From NCBI GenBank assembly GCA_902795525.1, contig CADBLN010000184.1:1-37974 (forward strand): DNA of 37,974 nucleotides, written 5' to 3'. How positions within the stretch are numbered: position 1 is the stretch's first letter; each line of letters opens with the position of its first letter. This stretch comes from an uncultured Erysipelotrichaceae bacterium (GTDB taxonomy: Bacteria > Bacillota_I > Bacilli_A > Erysipelotrichales > Erysipelotrichaceae). Positions 6,774 to 16,675 of the stretch are shown here, piece after piece. The notes under the pieces are model-generated. The model made no database searches and had not been told where the DNA came from. It saw only the letters and a list, made by a program, of their open reading frames with translations. A program made the position numbers and the translations under genes.

Positions 6774-7682
6774 ATGGCAAGAATTAAAAAAATCTATAAA
6801 GAAAACTTCACTGTGGTCAGTTCAGAAATGACAAGAGACAAAAGGATGTCTTTTAAGGAGAGAGGATTATTATTAACTCTTCTATCACTTCCAGAAAATT
6901 GGGATTTTTCAGCAGCTGGTCTTGCCGCCTTAGTTGATGGGATTTCAATTGGAACAATCAATTCGTCTTTAAAAAAATTAGAAGAACTTGGCTATCTAAA
7001 AAGGGAAAAAATCAGAGATGAAAAAGGACGTTATATTGATTGTGAATATACCTTTTCTGATTCACCAATGTTTGATGTAAATCTTTCTAATTGTCCATAT
7101 ATCAAAAATCCACATATGGATAATCCATATATGGAAAATTGTACGCAATTAAATATACAAGAATCAAATATACAAGAACTAAATACTAATTTAGAACATC
7201 AACAATTAAAAGAAAAACAAACAGATATAGAGATAGATGAAGAAGAAACTAACCAAATAACTAAACACTTTTTTAATGAAGGTTATGATAAAACGATAAC
7301 TGCCATACTGGGAAAAAATGGATGGGGAGAAGATATGTTAAAGTATGCCATTTTCCTATGTGTTAAGAATAGATCAATAGACTACAAGGCATACATTAAA
7401 TCAATCCTTAAAGATTGGAGTTTTTCAAAAATCAGAAACATAGAGGATTTAGGAGTGAATCCATTAGGAAATAAACAAGAACAAGACGAACTACTAAAAT
7501 CTTACAAACAAGCTTTAGACCTTGAAAATGAAGGGAAGTTAGACGTTTTTAGAAGTGTTGATTATTCCACCACCTTACAACAGCTCGTAAAAATCATGCC
7601 GTATAAAGACTTAAAGAAAATGTTAATTGATGGTGCAAAAGTAAACAACATTAACTTAAAACTCGATTTCTTTCTAAACTAA
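6774..7682 (+). CDS. replication initiator (N-terminal winged-helix domain plus C-terminal DnaD/DnaB_2-like domain)
   Basis: GGGAG SD 8 nt before the ATG at 6774. The N-terminus (FKERGLLLTLLSLPENWDFSAAGLAAL...LKKLEELGYLKREKIRDEKGRY) is typical of plasmid/phage Rep wHTH domains. The C-terminus YKAYIKSILKDWSFSKIRNIEDL is DnaD-like. Confidence 0.7.
   Translation: MARIKKIYKENFTVVSSEMTRDKRMSFKERGLLLTLLSLPENWDFSAAGLAALVDGISIGTINSSLKKLEELGYLKREKIRDEKGRYIDCEYTFSDSPMFDVNLSNCPYIKNPHMDNPYMENCTQLNIQESNIQELNTNLEHQQLKEKQTDIEIDEEETNQITKHFFNEGYDKTITAILGKNGWGEDMLKYAIFLCVKNRSIDYKAYIKSILKDWSFSKIRNIEDLGVNPLGNKQEQDELLKSYKQALDLENEGKLDVFRSVDYSTTLQQLVKIMPYKDLKKMLIDGAKVNNINLKLDFFLN
7095..7186. repeat. 15-bp-periodic repeats inside rep (candidate internal iterons/oriV)
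   Basis: CCATATATCA (7095), CCACATATGG (7110) and CCATATATGG (7125). Then AAATATACAAGAATC (7151), AAATATACAAGAACT (7166) and the partial AAATAC (7181). Confidence 0.45.
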
Positions 7683-7718
7683 AAATATATGTTTGGGATA
7701 AGTGATTAATGAAAAAAG

Positions 7719-7747
7719 TTGATTATATGTTTTATGTCAAGTAAAAT
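7719..7747 (+). promoter_or_regulatory. promoter of the transfer operon, TTGATT-17-TAAAAT
   Basis: -35 at 7719-7724, 17-nt spacer, -10 at 7742-7747, about 80 nt upstream of the first tra gene. Confidence 0.55.
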
Positions 7748-7826
7748 GAAATTGTAAATTAACCAACTAACAAAAAACTTACAAAAACATGTTAATTTTA
7801 CACTTACAACAAAAAAGGATTTGAAT

Positions 7827-8345
7827 ATGAAAAGAACTTACAAATTGTTAGTTGTTATGTTTCTGACACTTTTAATAGCTGGATGTAATAGAAAAGATCC
7901 AATAGAAGTAGAGTATATAACAACAATCGAAACAGATATGTCTGCCTACACATCTCTTAATGAAACACAAAAGAGTGTTTTCAAAGAGATTAATTTAGAG
8001 TCTCTGGAAGACATTTTAGAAAACAAAAAAACCGCAATAATTTATTTTGGATACCCAGGCTGCGATAATTGTCAAAACGCAGTCCTTTTGCTTTCTGATT
8101 TAGCCTTACAAAATCAATTAACAATATATTACCTAGATGCTCAAAAAATGGTTACTACATCAGATGAGACAGTCATTAAGGGTATTAATTTGTTATCTCC
8201 TGTTTTGGAAGAAAGAGAAGATATGGAAGGAAAAGCAATATTATGTCCAGAAGTAATTAAAATCATAGAAGGAAATTATGTTGATTATGCAATAGGATTG
8301 GATGGAATAGAAAGATATGAGGAACTGTTAAATGTATCAAAATAG
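7827..8345 (+). CDS. thioredoxin-fold lipoprotein (CxxC)
   Basis: Signal peptide with lipobox LLIAGC. YFGYPGCDNCQ is a thioredoxin-like CxxC active-site context. AAGGA SD 7 nt before the ATG at 7827. Confidence 0.6.
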   Translation: MKRTYKLLVVMFLTLLIAGCNRKDPIEVEYITTIETDMSAYTSLNETQKSVFKEINLESLEDILENKKTAIIYFGYPGCDNCQNAVLLLSDLALQNQLTIYYLDAQKMVTTSDETVIKGINLLSPVLEEREDMEGKAILCPEVIKIIEGNYVDYAIGLDGIERYEELLNVSK

Positions 8346-10572
8346 TAGCTTATTAGACAAATTTAAAGAGGTAGGTAGAGAAAAGAAAATACTGTACATT
8401 GGAATAGCGATTATATCTTTAATTTTGTTGTTTCTGTTCTGTGCTTGGCTAACAGGGACTTTCTATTATTTGGCTGATAATTCACACAGCAGAATATATC
8501 ATGGCCTACATAGTGCATTAAAGTTTACATTAATTGTTTATATTGTATTGTTAGCGTTTGTTTTCTTCACAATGATAAAAACATCCGCACTTAACTTTGC
8601 GATTAAAACAGACACAAGGGGAGTTGCTTTTATGAAAAATGGTGTAAAAGGAACAGCTCACTTTGCTAATAAAGATGAAATAGAAGAATACTTTAGGATA
8701 AGTGCAGATGAAGATACGGATGAAATAATCTATGGACAACTTACTGAAAACGGAGAAGAAGTTGTAAGTTATAAAGAGAGGATTGGAAAGGCTCCAGGAA
8801 CAAGACACGTTTTGTTAATGGCAAACTCTGGTTCAGGTAAATCGTTTACCTTCACAATTCCAAACGTTCTCCAAGCAATTAAAAGAAAACATTCAGCTAT
8901 CATATCAGATCCAAGCGGCGAAATTTATTCAGCTACAGGATCATACGCAAGAGATTTTGCAGATGACGTAAAAGTGTTAAATTTGGCAAATGTAAAATAC
9001 TCAGATTTTTGGAACATAGTAGAAGAGGTTATTGATCCAGAAACCGAAAGAGTAGATTCAACAAGACTTGATATGTGGGGAAAGACATTCATGATGAATT
9101 CACCAGACAGTGATAAAAAAGACTACTATTATGTATCTGCACAAAACTTAATTGAAAGTGCAATAGCCTATGCTTCGTATTTAAAAGAAAGCTTTATCAT
9201 AAGAAATTACATATTACTTTATCAAAAAATAACAAGAACAGAGAATTCAAGGTACGTACACATACTTAAAAACAAAATGGTGAGTTTCCGTTTTTGTGAA
9301 CAAACAATAATAAAAGCAGCAAAAGATGTAGGGGAAGATTTAGAAGAAGTTAAGTTCATAATAAACGAGATTAAAAATAATGCTCCTAGATTTAGCATCA
9401 ACGAAGTATATAATATCATTTATCACTTTAATGATTATGCAGAAAAGATAAGCCAAGTTCCTGAATATCATCCAGCAAGTAGAGCTTATCAAAGATTTAT
9501 AACACAAGAAAAAGAAACAACTAGATCGAGTGCAATACAAGGAGCACAAGCAAGATTTAAGATATTTGATAACGATAATTTAAGAGAAGCATTAAGCTAT
9601 GATGGGATCGATTTAAAAACCATCAATCAAAAACAGACAATAGTTTATGTTATCGTTCCAGATAGTGATAATACATTAACTCCTATTGCTTCGTTGTTCT
9701 TCTCGTTCTTCTTTAAAGATACACAAGTTTTATTTGATGAAAATAACAATAAATCAAAAGAAGATGAGAAAAATCCATGTATTCCAGTTATGGCAATGTT
9801 AGACGAGTTTGCGTCATTAGGCGTTATAACTGGAGATAAAAACCTATTCGGTACAATAATGTCAGACGCTCGTAAAAGGGATGTATATATTTGCATCATA
9901 ATTCAAACTTATTCGCAGCTTGAAGGTAATTATGGAGAATTTGTTAGAGATTCCATTCAAAGTAACTGTACAACAAAAATATTGATGGGTGCAGGTGATA
10001 TAGCAACAATGAGGTATTGGTCTCAACTTGTAGGTGTCGCAACAGCTATGGATGAAAAACACGGTGAAACCCAAGGACTACTTGGAAGTAAACTTAACGG
10101 TAATAGTATGACTGTTGGATCTACTCAACGTGATTTGATGACAATAGATGAAGTCGGAAAAATCATTGACGAGGTACACGTGAATAGACAGGGATGTTCT
10201 GTATTTAAACTTAAACCATATCCATGGATTCAACACCCAGCTAAGAGAAATGGATTATGTCCGAAAGCTTCTTACTTCGATATGCCAACAATAGAAGATA
10301 GACTATTGAATTTGCAAGAAAGTTATCAAAAAGATCCAGATGTTTACATCAATAAACTAATAACTGACTTCAAACTTACTCACGTTTACGTTCAACCGTT
10401 CGTGATGGACCCAGGAACGAATTTAGAGGAAGTTGAAGAACAACAAAAAAAGGAAGTAAAAGAAGAAATAACAAATTTAGAAACTAATAAAAAGAAGAGA
10501 GGAAGAAAGAAAAAGAAACCATCTGATATTGACGCAATAATCAATGATGATGATTCACAATTCTTCCTTTAG
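8332..10572 (+). CDS. type IV coupling protein (VirD4/TraG/TcpA-like ATPase)
   Basis: Two N-terminal TM helices, Walker A LLMANSGSGKSFT, Walker B PVMAMLDEFASLG and a basic/acidic C-terminal tail. Confidence 0.85.
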   Translation: MYQNSSLLDKFKEVGREKKILYIGIAIISLILLFLFCAWLTGTFYYLADNSHSRIYHGLHSALKFTLIVYIVLLAFVFFTMIKTSALNFAIKTDTRGVAFMKNGVKGTAHFANKDEIEEYFRISADEDTDEIIYGQLTENGEEVVSYKERIGKAPGTRHVLLMANSGSGKSFTFTIPNVLQAIKRKHSAIISDPSGEIYSATGSYARDFADDVKVLNLANVKYSDFWNIVEEVIDPETERVDSTRLDMWGKTFMMNSPDSDKKDYYYVSAQNLIESAIAYASYLKESFIIRNYILLYQKITRTENSRYVHILKNKMVSFRFCEQTIIKAAKDVGEDLEEVKFIINEIKNNAPRFSINEVYNIIYHFNDYAEKISQVPEYHPASRAYQRFITQEKETTRSSAIQGAQARFKIFDNDNLREALSYDGIDLKTINQKQTIVYVIVPDSDNTLTPIASLFFSFFFKDTQVLFDENNNKSKEDEKNPCIPVMAMLDEFASLGVITGDKNLFGTIMSDARKRDVYICIIIQTYSQLEGNYGEFVRDSIQSNCTTKILMGAGDIATMRYWSQLVGVATAMDEKHGETQGLLGSKLNGNSMTVGSTQRDLMTIDEVGKIIDEVHVNRQGCSVFKLKPYPWIQHPAKRNGLCPKASYFDMPTIEDRLLNLQESYQKDPDVYINKLITDFKLTHVYVQPFVMDPGTNLEEVEEQQKKEVKEEITNLETNKKKRGRKKKKPSDIDAIINDDDSQFFL

Positions 10573-10586
10573 AAAGGAATTAAATT

Positions 10587-11681
10587 ATGGCAAAGACACA
10601 AAGACTTTTAGAGAAACAAAAAGACAATAATGAAGAAGTTGTCGAGAATCATACAAAAGTCGCTGAAACGGGCTCAAAAGAGCCTCTAATCAAACATTCA
10701 ACAGTTGGTATTGTTGCAAGTAAAGATACAATCAATTTAGATATGTTTGGTGGAGCTTCAGACGACATATACGTTGACCTTAATGTAGATAATGATGAAA
10801 CTGAATTACAATACAACACATTAACCGAACACATGAATAAAGCAAATATTTTGTATGGTGTTGTATCTGGTGTAGATGTTGACACAACAAATCAATATGC
10901 AATTGTTACATTGATTTGGAACAACACAAGAGTTTTGATTCACGAAAATCAATATTTTGAAAAAACATTCAACTTTGGAGACGGCTTTGCCACAATGTCA
11001 TTCCAAGAAAAATTGGATAAGAAAATCCGTTCAGCAAGATATAACATTGGTTCGAGATGTCCTTTCATTATCAGCGAAGTAAGTAAGATGCCGATTAATG
11101 AAGGATATTTTGAAGGTGATTATGAAGTTGTAGCTGTTGCTTCCAGAGTGAAAGCATTGGCAAAAATAAGAGATAAGTATTTTGTTCATAAAAACACAAA
11201 TAATCCAGTCAATGTTCCAGTTAATGCAAGAGCAAAAGCAAATGTAATTTATGTTTGCGAAAGCTATGTTACTGTTGAGTGTTTAGGAGTAGAAACAAGG
11301 ATTGACGCTTATAATCTGAACGAAAATTATGTTGCTAACTGCGGAGACTTTGTTAGTGTTGGTGATGTCATATTAGTACGAATTAAAAAGGAACCTCGCA
11401 TTAATGGTGAAGATGTTTATTTATCCGTTTCAGGAAGATTAAACAACGGTTCTAAATCAATCAACGCTTTAAGAGTTGGAGGATCATATTTAGGAGAAGT
11501 TGAATCATTTAACAAGGGCAAAAGACTATACACAATCAGACTGAAAACAGGTGTTGTTGTTTCAGTATTAGAAAAAGCTGTTCAAGGACACATTGAACTT
11601 AATCCTGGTGATAGAGCAGCAGTATTGATTACTGATGTTAAGCCAGAAGGATATGCAGTAGGAATGGCAATGAAAATTTAA
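10587..11681 (+). CDS. hypothetical protein with about three S1/OB-fold-like repeats
   Basis: Segments such as GDFVSVGDVILVRIKKE and GSYLGEVESFNKGKRLYTIRLKTGVVVSVL...GDRAAVLITDVK resemble S1-domain signatures. Good SD. Confidence 0.4.
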   Translation: MAKTQRLLEKQKDNNEEVVENHTKVAETGSKEPLIKHSTVGIVASKDTINLDMFGGASDDIYVDLNVDNDETELQYNTLTEHMNKANILYGVVSGVDVDTTNQYAIVTLIWNNTRVLIHENQYFEKTFNFGDGFATMSFQEKLDKKIRSARYNIGSRCPFIISEVSKMPINEGYFEGDYEVVAVASRVKALAKIRDKYFVHKNTNNPVNVPVNARAKANVIYVCESYVTVECLGVETRIDAYNLNENYVANCGDFVSVGDVILVRIKKEPRINGEDVYLSVSGRLNNGSKSINALRVGGSYLGEVESFNKGKRLYTIRLKTGVVVSVLEKAVQGHIELNPGDRAAVLITDVKPEGYAVGMAMKI

Positions 11682-11691
11682 GAGGTGGATT

Positions 11692-12279
11692 ATGGATAGA
11701 GAAGAATACCTAGACACCTTTGACGTGCCACAAAACACTGAATACGATTTAAACATATTGAATTATACATTTACATACCGTTCCTTAATCGAGGGAGGGG
11801 TTTTAGCATTGCTTTCTGGAGCAATCATGTTAGCAATATTAACAATAGTAAAGTTGAAACTTACTTATAGTTTTGCTCTAGTGGTGTTTGTAGCTTTATT
11901 AGGCTTCGCTTTAGGGGTAATTGGTATAAATGGCGACAGTATATCAAATTATCTCTTAAACGCTCTTAAATTCGCTCGTAGAAGGCGTGTAGCTTATTAC
12001 AATCCAAGAGTGAAGAAAGAAATCAAGTTCTTTGCAGATACCAAAGAAGACGATTATGTTGTTCCAAGAGAAAGACTTGAAGCATTATACCGTTCTTTCA
12101 TTTCAAAGAAAGATGTAGAAGAAGCACAGATTAATTTAACTAACGAAGATTTTGATTCTTCATTAATGTATTTTGAAGATGATATTGATGCAGTAGGCAA
12201 ACCTGAAGAAATGTTAAGCAAAAAAGAAAGAAAGAAAATAGAAAAACAAAGAAGGGTAGGGTTAGAACATGAGCAATAA
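11692..12279 (+). CDS. VirB3-like (TcpE/PrgI-type) small membrane protein of the T4SS
   Basis: Two adjacent TM helices (GGVLALLSGAIMLAILTIV and FALVVFVALLGFALGVIGI) and a charged C-terminus. It lies immediately upstream of, and overlaps, the VirB4-like gene. Confidence 0.55.
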   Translation: MDREEYLDTFDVPQNTEYDLNILNYTFTYRSLIEGGVLALLSGAIMLAILTIVKLKLTYSFALVVFVALLGFALGVIGINGDSISNYLLNALKFARRRRVAYYNPRVKKEIKFFADTKEDDYVVPRERLEALYRSFISKKDVEEAQINLTNEDFDSSLMYFEDDIDAVGKPEEMLSKKERKKIEKQRRVGLEHEQ

Positions 12280-14899
12280 AAATAAACCTGCCAAAAGACA
12301 AATAGTTCAATCAACGCAAACACAATTGCCAATTAAAGATATTACAAATGACGTAATCATCACTCAAGATAATAGAATGGTTAAGTTGGTTGAAATTAAA
12401 CCTATAGCTTTCCAAACAATGAAAGCACAACAACAGAACTATATAAGACAGATGTTTGAAAATTTGTTGAAGATTGCACCAAACGAATTTCAAATAAAAA
12501 GTGTATCTGTTCCTTCTAACTTGTCTGGTCAGATTTCTCAAGTGAACTTCAATATTTCACAAGAGAAGAATGACGAGTGTAAAAAGTTAGGTGAGGAATA
12601 CAAAAACAAATTAATCGAAACACAAGAAAACACAGTTGAAAGAAAATTCTATATTGCATTTTCAAATCCAGAACTAGATAGCAAGCTTAGAGGCAAAGAA
12701 CAAGACATTACCAAAGCTATCTACAGATTAAATCAAATAGGAGCTTCCATTGCAGGTAGGATTGGGGAATGTGGTAATGATGGTTATTCTCTAAACAATA
12801 GTGAAATAGCTGAAACATTGTATATGTTGTTAAATAGAAACACATCACAGCAACTGCCATTTGCAAAAAGATACGAACAAGTATTTAGAAAATATGTTCA
12901 TGAACTACAAACAGATGATGTGTATATTTCACCAAATGAATACCTAGCTCCAAAGAAGATACAGTTTACAGATAAGAAGTTCGTGGTATGTGATGACCGA
13001 TATTATTCATTCTTATATATGCCATCAACAGGTTATCCAGACATAGTATATACAGGATGGCTAGACATCTTCGTAAATTCAATGGAAGGTGTAGATGTTG
13101 ATATTTATGTCCGTAAAAAAGACAAGAATCGTTATAGCACATCTTTGAAAAGGACAATGGGCCACACCTCTAGCGATATGGGTGATTATTACAACGGGAC
13201 CTCAGATTCTTATTACAATTCATCCAATAAGTATTCTGCAGCTTCACTGATGTTGCACAAAATTAGAAGCGGTTATGAAATCTATGATGTATCAATAATG
13301 ATAACTATAAGCTCTAATTCAATAGCTGACACACAAAGAAAAATGGAATTACTAATTGAAGAAGCCAAATCAAGAGACATCAAGTTAACGGAACTTGTGT
13401 ATCAAGAAGAACAAGCCTTCATTAGTTCACTTCCATTAAATAAACTTGATTCATCTATTGAAAAAAAAGCTAAAAGGAATATGCCACAGGATACAGTATC
13501 AACCTTGTATCCATTCACAGCTTTCCAATTAGTTCATGATAGAGGACTATACATTGCAGATAGCTTATTAAGTAATTCTCCAATCATTCCAGATTTCTGG
13601 AACACTCAATTTGTATCCAACCCACATATCTTCATGTGCGGTATGGCTGGAGCTGGTAAAACTTCTGCTATGGAATTGTTATCAATTCACGCAAGAGTAA
13701 TGAATATACCAGTGTTCATAATTGCACCAGAAAAACAAGACGACTATAAGAGGTTATGCTTGGCACTAGGTGGCCAATACATATCAATAGGTCAAGGATC
13801 TCCGAATAGAATTAACATAATGGAAATCTTCGAAAATGATGCCAACGTCGATAGAAGCAAGGATGAACTTTACCAGGAATTAAATCAAAAGGAATCACAC
13901 TTGCAACAACGTATCGGTGTAGTAATTGAATTCATAAACACTTATTATTACTCGCTTACTCAACAAAGTATGACTCCAACAGAAAACTCACTACTGAACG
14001 ATGCACTCATAGTAGTATATGCTTCAAAGGGTATTACAACAGATAATGAGTCATTATGGAACGAAGAACATACAGCTTATAAGGAAATGCCTATATTATC
14101 GGACCTTGTTCCTGTGTTAGAACAAATGGGCCAACCAGCAGAAAGCTTATATCGTTCACTAAAATATCTAACTACTGGTGTCGGATCGTTCTTTAACGGT
14201 CAAACAAATGTTGATGTTAAAAACAAGTTCTTTGTTATAGGTATGGAAAACAATACCAAAGAAACAAAAGCTTTAGCTGCCTATGTCGCAGAAGACTTCT
14301 GTCAGTTAAAGATAAGAGAAGACAGAATTAAAAGGTCCTTGTATGTAATTGATGAAGGATGGTCTATGCTAGATAATCCTGCTATTGCGGAAAAGATTAA
14401 AGAAGACAGTAAGATACTTAGAGGTTATCAATGTATGTTATTGTTTGGAACTCAACAGTTGGCAGATGTCCTATCAACGATACAAGGACAAGCAATAATT
14501 AAAAACTCAGACACAAGAATAATAATGCAACACAAAGACGAAGATGTTAAATATGTATCACAATACATTGACTTAACACCATCAGAGCAAAAAAAGATCA
14601 GAGGGTTCTCTGTTGGTGAAGCATTATTACTTGCAAATGATGTAAGGATACCAATCAAATTTAATCCATCAGACTTCGAAGCTTTATTAACATTTAATGA
14701 TGAAAAGACTTTAGCTAGATATGCCGAATATGTTAAGCAAAAGAAAGCTAAAGAACAGGACAAAAAAGAAATTGAAGATAAAGCTGAAAACGGATTAAGC
14801 ATTAATGATTTATCACAAACATCAAGTTCTTCAGTACAAGCAATAACAAGTGAAGACTATATGAATTATTTACACGATAAGGAAGGAGTTAATTTATGA
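12269..14899 (+). CDS. VirB4-like conjugation ATPase (TcpF/PrgJ/TraE class)
   Basis: Walker A FMCGMAGAGKTSAMELL and Walker B LYVIDEGWSML. Size 876 aa. Confidence 0.85.
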   Translation: MSNKNKPAKRQIVQSTQTQLPIKDITNDVIITQDNRMVKLVEIKPIAFQTMKAQQQNYIRQMFENLLKIAPNEFQIKSVSVPSNLSGQISQVNFNISQEKNDECKKLGEEYKNKLIETQENTVERKFYIAFSNPELDSKLRGKEQDITKAIYRLNQIGASIAGRIGECGNDGYSLNNSEIAETLYMLLNRNTSQQLPFAKRYEQVFRKYVHELQTDDVYISPNEYLAPKKIQFTDKKFVVCDDRYYSFLYMPSTGYPDIVYTGWLDIFVNSMEGVDVDIYVRKKDKNRYSTSLKRTMGHTSSDMGDYYNGTSDSYYNSSNKYSAASLMLHKIRSGYEIYDVSIMITISSNSIADTQRKMELLIEEAKSRDIKLTELVYQEEQAFISSLPLNKLDSSIEKKAKRNMPQDTVSTLYPFTAFQLVHDRGLYIADSLLSNSPIIPDFWNTQFVSNPHIFMCGMAGAGKTSAMELLSIHARVMNIPVFIIAPEKQDDYKRLCLALGGQYISIGQGSPNRINIMEIFENDANVDRSKDELYQELNQKESHLQQRIGVVIEFINTYYYSLTQQSMTPTENSLLNDALIVVYASKGITTDNESLWNEEHTAYKEMPILSDLVPVLEQMGQPAESLYRSLKYLTTGVGSFFNGQTNVDVKNKFFVIGMENNTKETKALAAYVAEDFCQLKIREDRIKRSLYVIDEGWSMLDNPAIAEKIKEDSKILRGYQCMLLFGTQQLADVLSTIQGQAIIKNSDTRIIMQHKDEDVKYVSQYIDLTPSEQKKIRGFSVGEALLLANDVRIPIKFNPSDFEALLTFNDEKTLARYAEYVKQKKAKEQDKKEIEDKAENGLSINDLSQTSSSSVQAITSEDYMNYLHDKEGVNL

Positions 14900-15567
14900 T
14901 CGAATTTAATGAATATGAAAAGTTTCTAAACGAACTAATTTATTACTTCAATCCATGTTATACAGCTCAACTACATAGAGCATTAACGAAACAGTTCGGC
15001 AACTTAGATAGTAGGTCAGCATATGAACTATTAGCTAAATACCAAAATGATGGTCGCATCTTGTTAAGTGAAGATGGATGGGCTATGACAAAAGGAAAAT
15101 ATGTCCAAATCACAAAGGATAGCAAATACGAAAATGTTAATGTTTCCGCAAATCCAAGATTACAAAACATAACAAGACAAGTTAAGGATTATTGTGATTT
15201 AAAACACTTCAGGCTTTTGGATTGTTTGTGGGTATTGATTGATATGTTGCCAGATAGTATGGATTTCGCACTTACAAACAAACCATTTCAGATTTCCTTA
15301 ATAGCTAAAGGACAGTTGTATCAGATTATATCAATACCTGCTAGTGAAGAAGATTTAAGAATTGATATGTTAACTTCTTTGCCTGCAGACTACTACGAAA
15401 ACTTTAGAACAAGTGTAAACAGAATTGTTGTTATGGAAAGAGCGGACCACTATTTCAAACTTCCAAAAAATATTGGAATTAAATTCGTCTGTGTGATAGA
15501 CCATAACAAACCATCGCACATTAGAATTACTAAAACTTTTGATGAAGGATGGAATGATGGCAAGTAA
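14896..15567 (+). CDS. hypothetical conjugation-module protein
   Basis: 223-aa ORF with a GGAGTT SD; its start overlaps the VirB4 stop. No motif recognised. Confidence 0.5.
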   Translation: MIEFNEYEKFLNELIYYFNPCYTAQLHRALTKQFGNLDSRSAYELLAKYQNDGRILLSEDGWAMTKGKYVQITKDSKYENVNVSANPRLQNITRQVKDYCDLKHFRLLDCLWVLIDMLPDSMDFALTNKPFQISLIAKGQLYQIISIPASEEDLRIDMLTSLPADYYENFRTSVNRIVVMERADHYFKLPKNIGIKFVCVIDHNKPSHIRITKTFDEGWNDGK

Positions 15568-16315
15568 ATATTTCAACCACATTGAAGAAAGATTGATGTC
15601 AGTCGCTTCACTTCAAAATCAATCACTGGCAATAAATAATTATCTTCATACATACCTACTTGATACCGAAATTAACAAAATGACACATGATGATTTAACG
15701 AACATTTTGTATCATTCAGAGTTAATTTCGGAGATGGTAAGAAAAGCAATTTCAAACTATGAAGGTGATGACCTCTTAATGTTTGTTGATGAAAGAGAAG
15801 GTATAACAATACCACTAGACAAGTGGAAAAAAGAGAACAAAGAATTAATAGAAAAAGAACTCGAAAAAGAAGCTTTCAGAAATCTAAAAGTTGAATGTAA
15901 ATTTGATGGAGAAGTGTTAGAAGTTTTTACTCCATTAACATTCAAAAGAGGTTTCAAAGAGAAAAACTTTTTGTCAAATTATTTGCTATCTCACTTGCTT
16001 GAATCGGCAATTCAAAAGTGGCAACAGGAAAGCAAGATACACATACTCGGAGCAATTCGGATGCCTGCGATCATCATAATGAAGAGGGTAGATACAATGT
16101 TTTCTTTAAACAAAATATGTGATAGCGACAACCTGGAAAATCAGAGAATTATTAACACCATGGCCAGGGCAGTTGGCATATCTGATAATGCAATAAACCT
16201 ATCTCTCTACACTACTTTCTCACTTACAAATAATGCAGAAGAAGTAGGTACAAGATTTTATTTATTTGCTGAAAAAGATATGGAAAAACATCTTGATTTA
16301 TTCAAAACAAACTAA
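15554..16315 (+). CDS. hypothetical protein (weak RusA-like D-x-D-N motif)
   Basis: ORF with start candidates at 15542/15554/15557. Contains CDSDNLENQRIINTMARAVGISDN. Confidence 0.45.
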   Translation: MMASKYFNHIEERLMSVASLQNQSLAINNYLHTYLLDTEINKMTHDDLTNILYHSELISEMVRKAISNYEGDDLLMFVDEREGITIPLDKWKKENKELIEKELEKEAFRNLKVECKFDGEVLEVFTPLTFKRGFKEKNFLSNYLLSHLLESAIQKWQQESKIHILGAIRMPAIIIMKRVDTMFSLNKICDSDNLENQRIINTMARAVGISDNAINLSLYTTFSLTNNAEEVGTRFYLFAEKDMEKHLDLFKTN

Positions 16316-16675
16316 AACTACAATTATATATTTTGGCTAATTATCAAATTGATGTGTCGAGATATAATTATTTAATCAATTTAAGGCTTATTTTACCGAA
16401 ACTTACAACATATTTTAAAGCCAGGTCAGTAATTATGAAATATTTACTGATAAATAGGTAAGTCGATTTACTTGAATAAAAACATTTTAAAGAGACTATC
16501 GTGGAGCTAACGATAGGAGCTACACGAAATACACTAACTCAAACACTAGAGAAAGATAGCATAACCAAACTAAACAATCTCTGGACAAAACAAGCAAACT
16601 CGATTTACAAAAATTAAATCCTAAAAACTTATATTGTGGAGATGGTGCTAACCACTACACAAGAAAGGAGAAAAA

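Noticed and set aside
8551-15582. Many 60-116-aa antisense or alternate-frame ORFs inside the T4CP, VirB4 and neighbouring genes (for example 8551-8808, 9222-9419, 12054-12332, 14452-14802)
   Set aside because: They are embedded in long, motif-supported genes and have no ribosome-binding sites. Their composition reflects the opposite strand.
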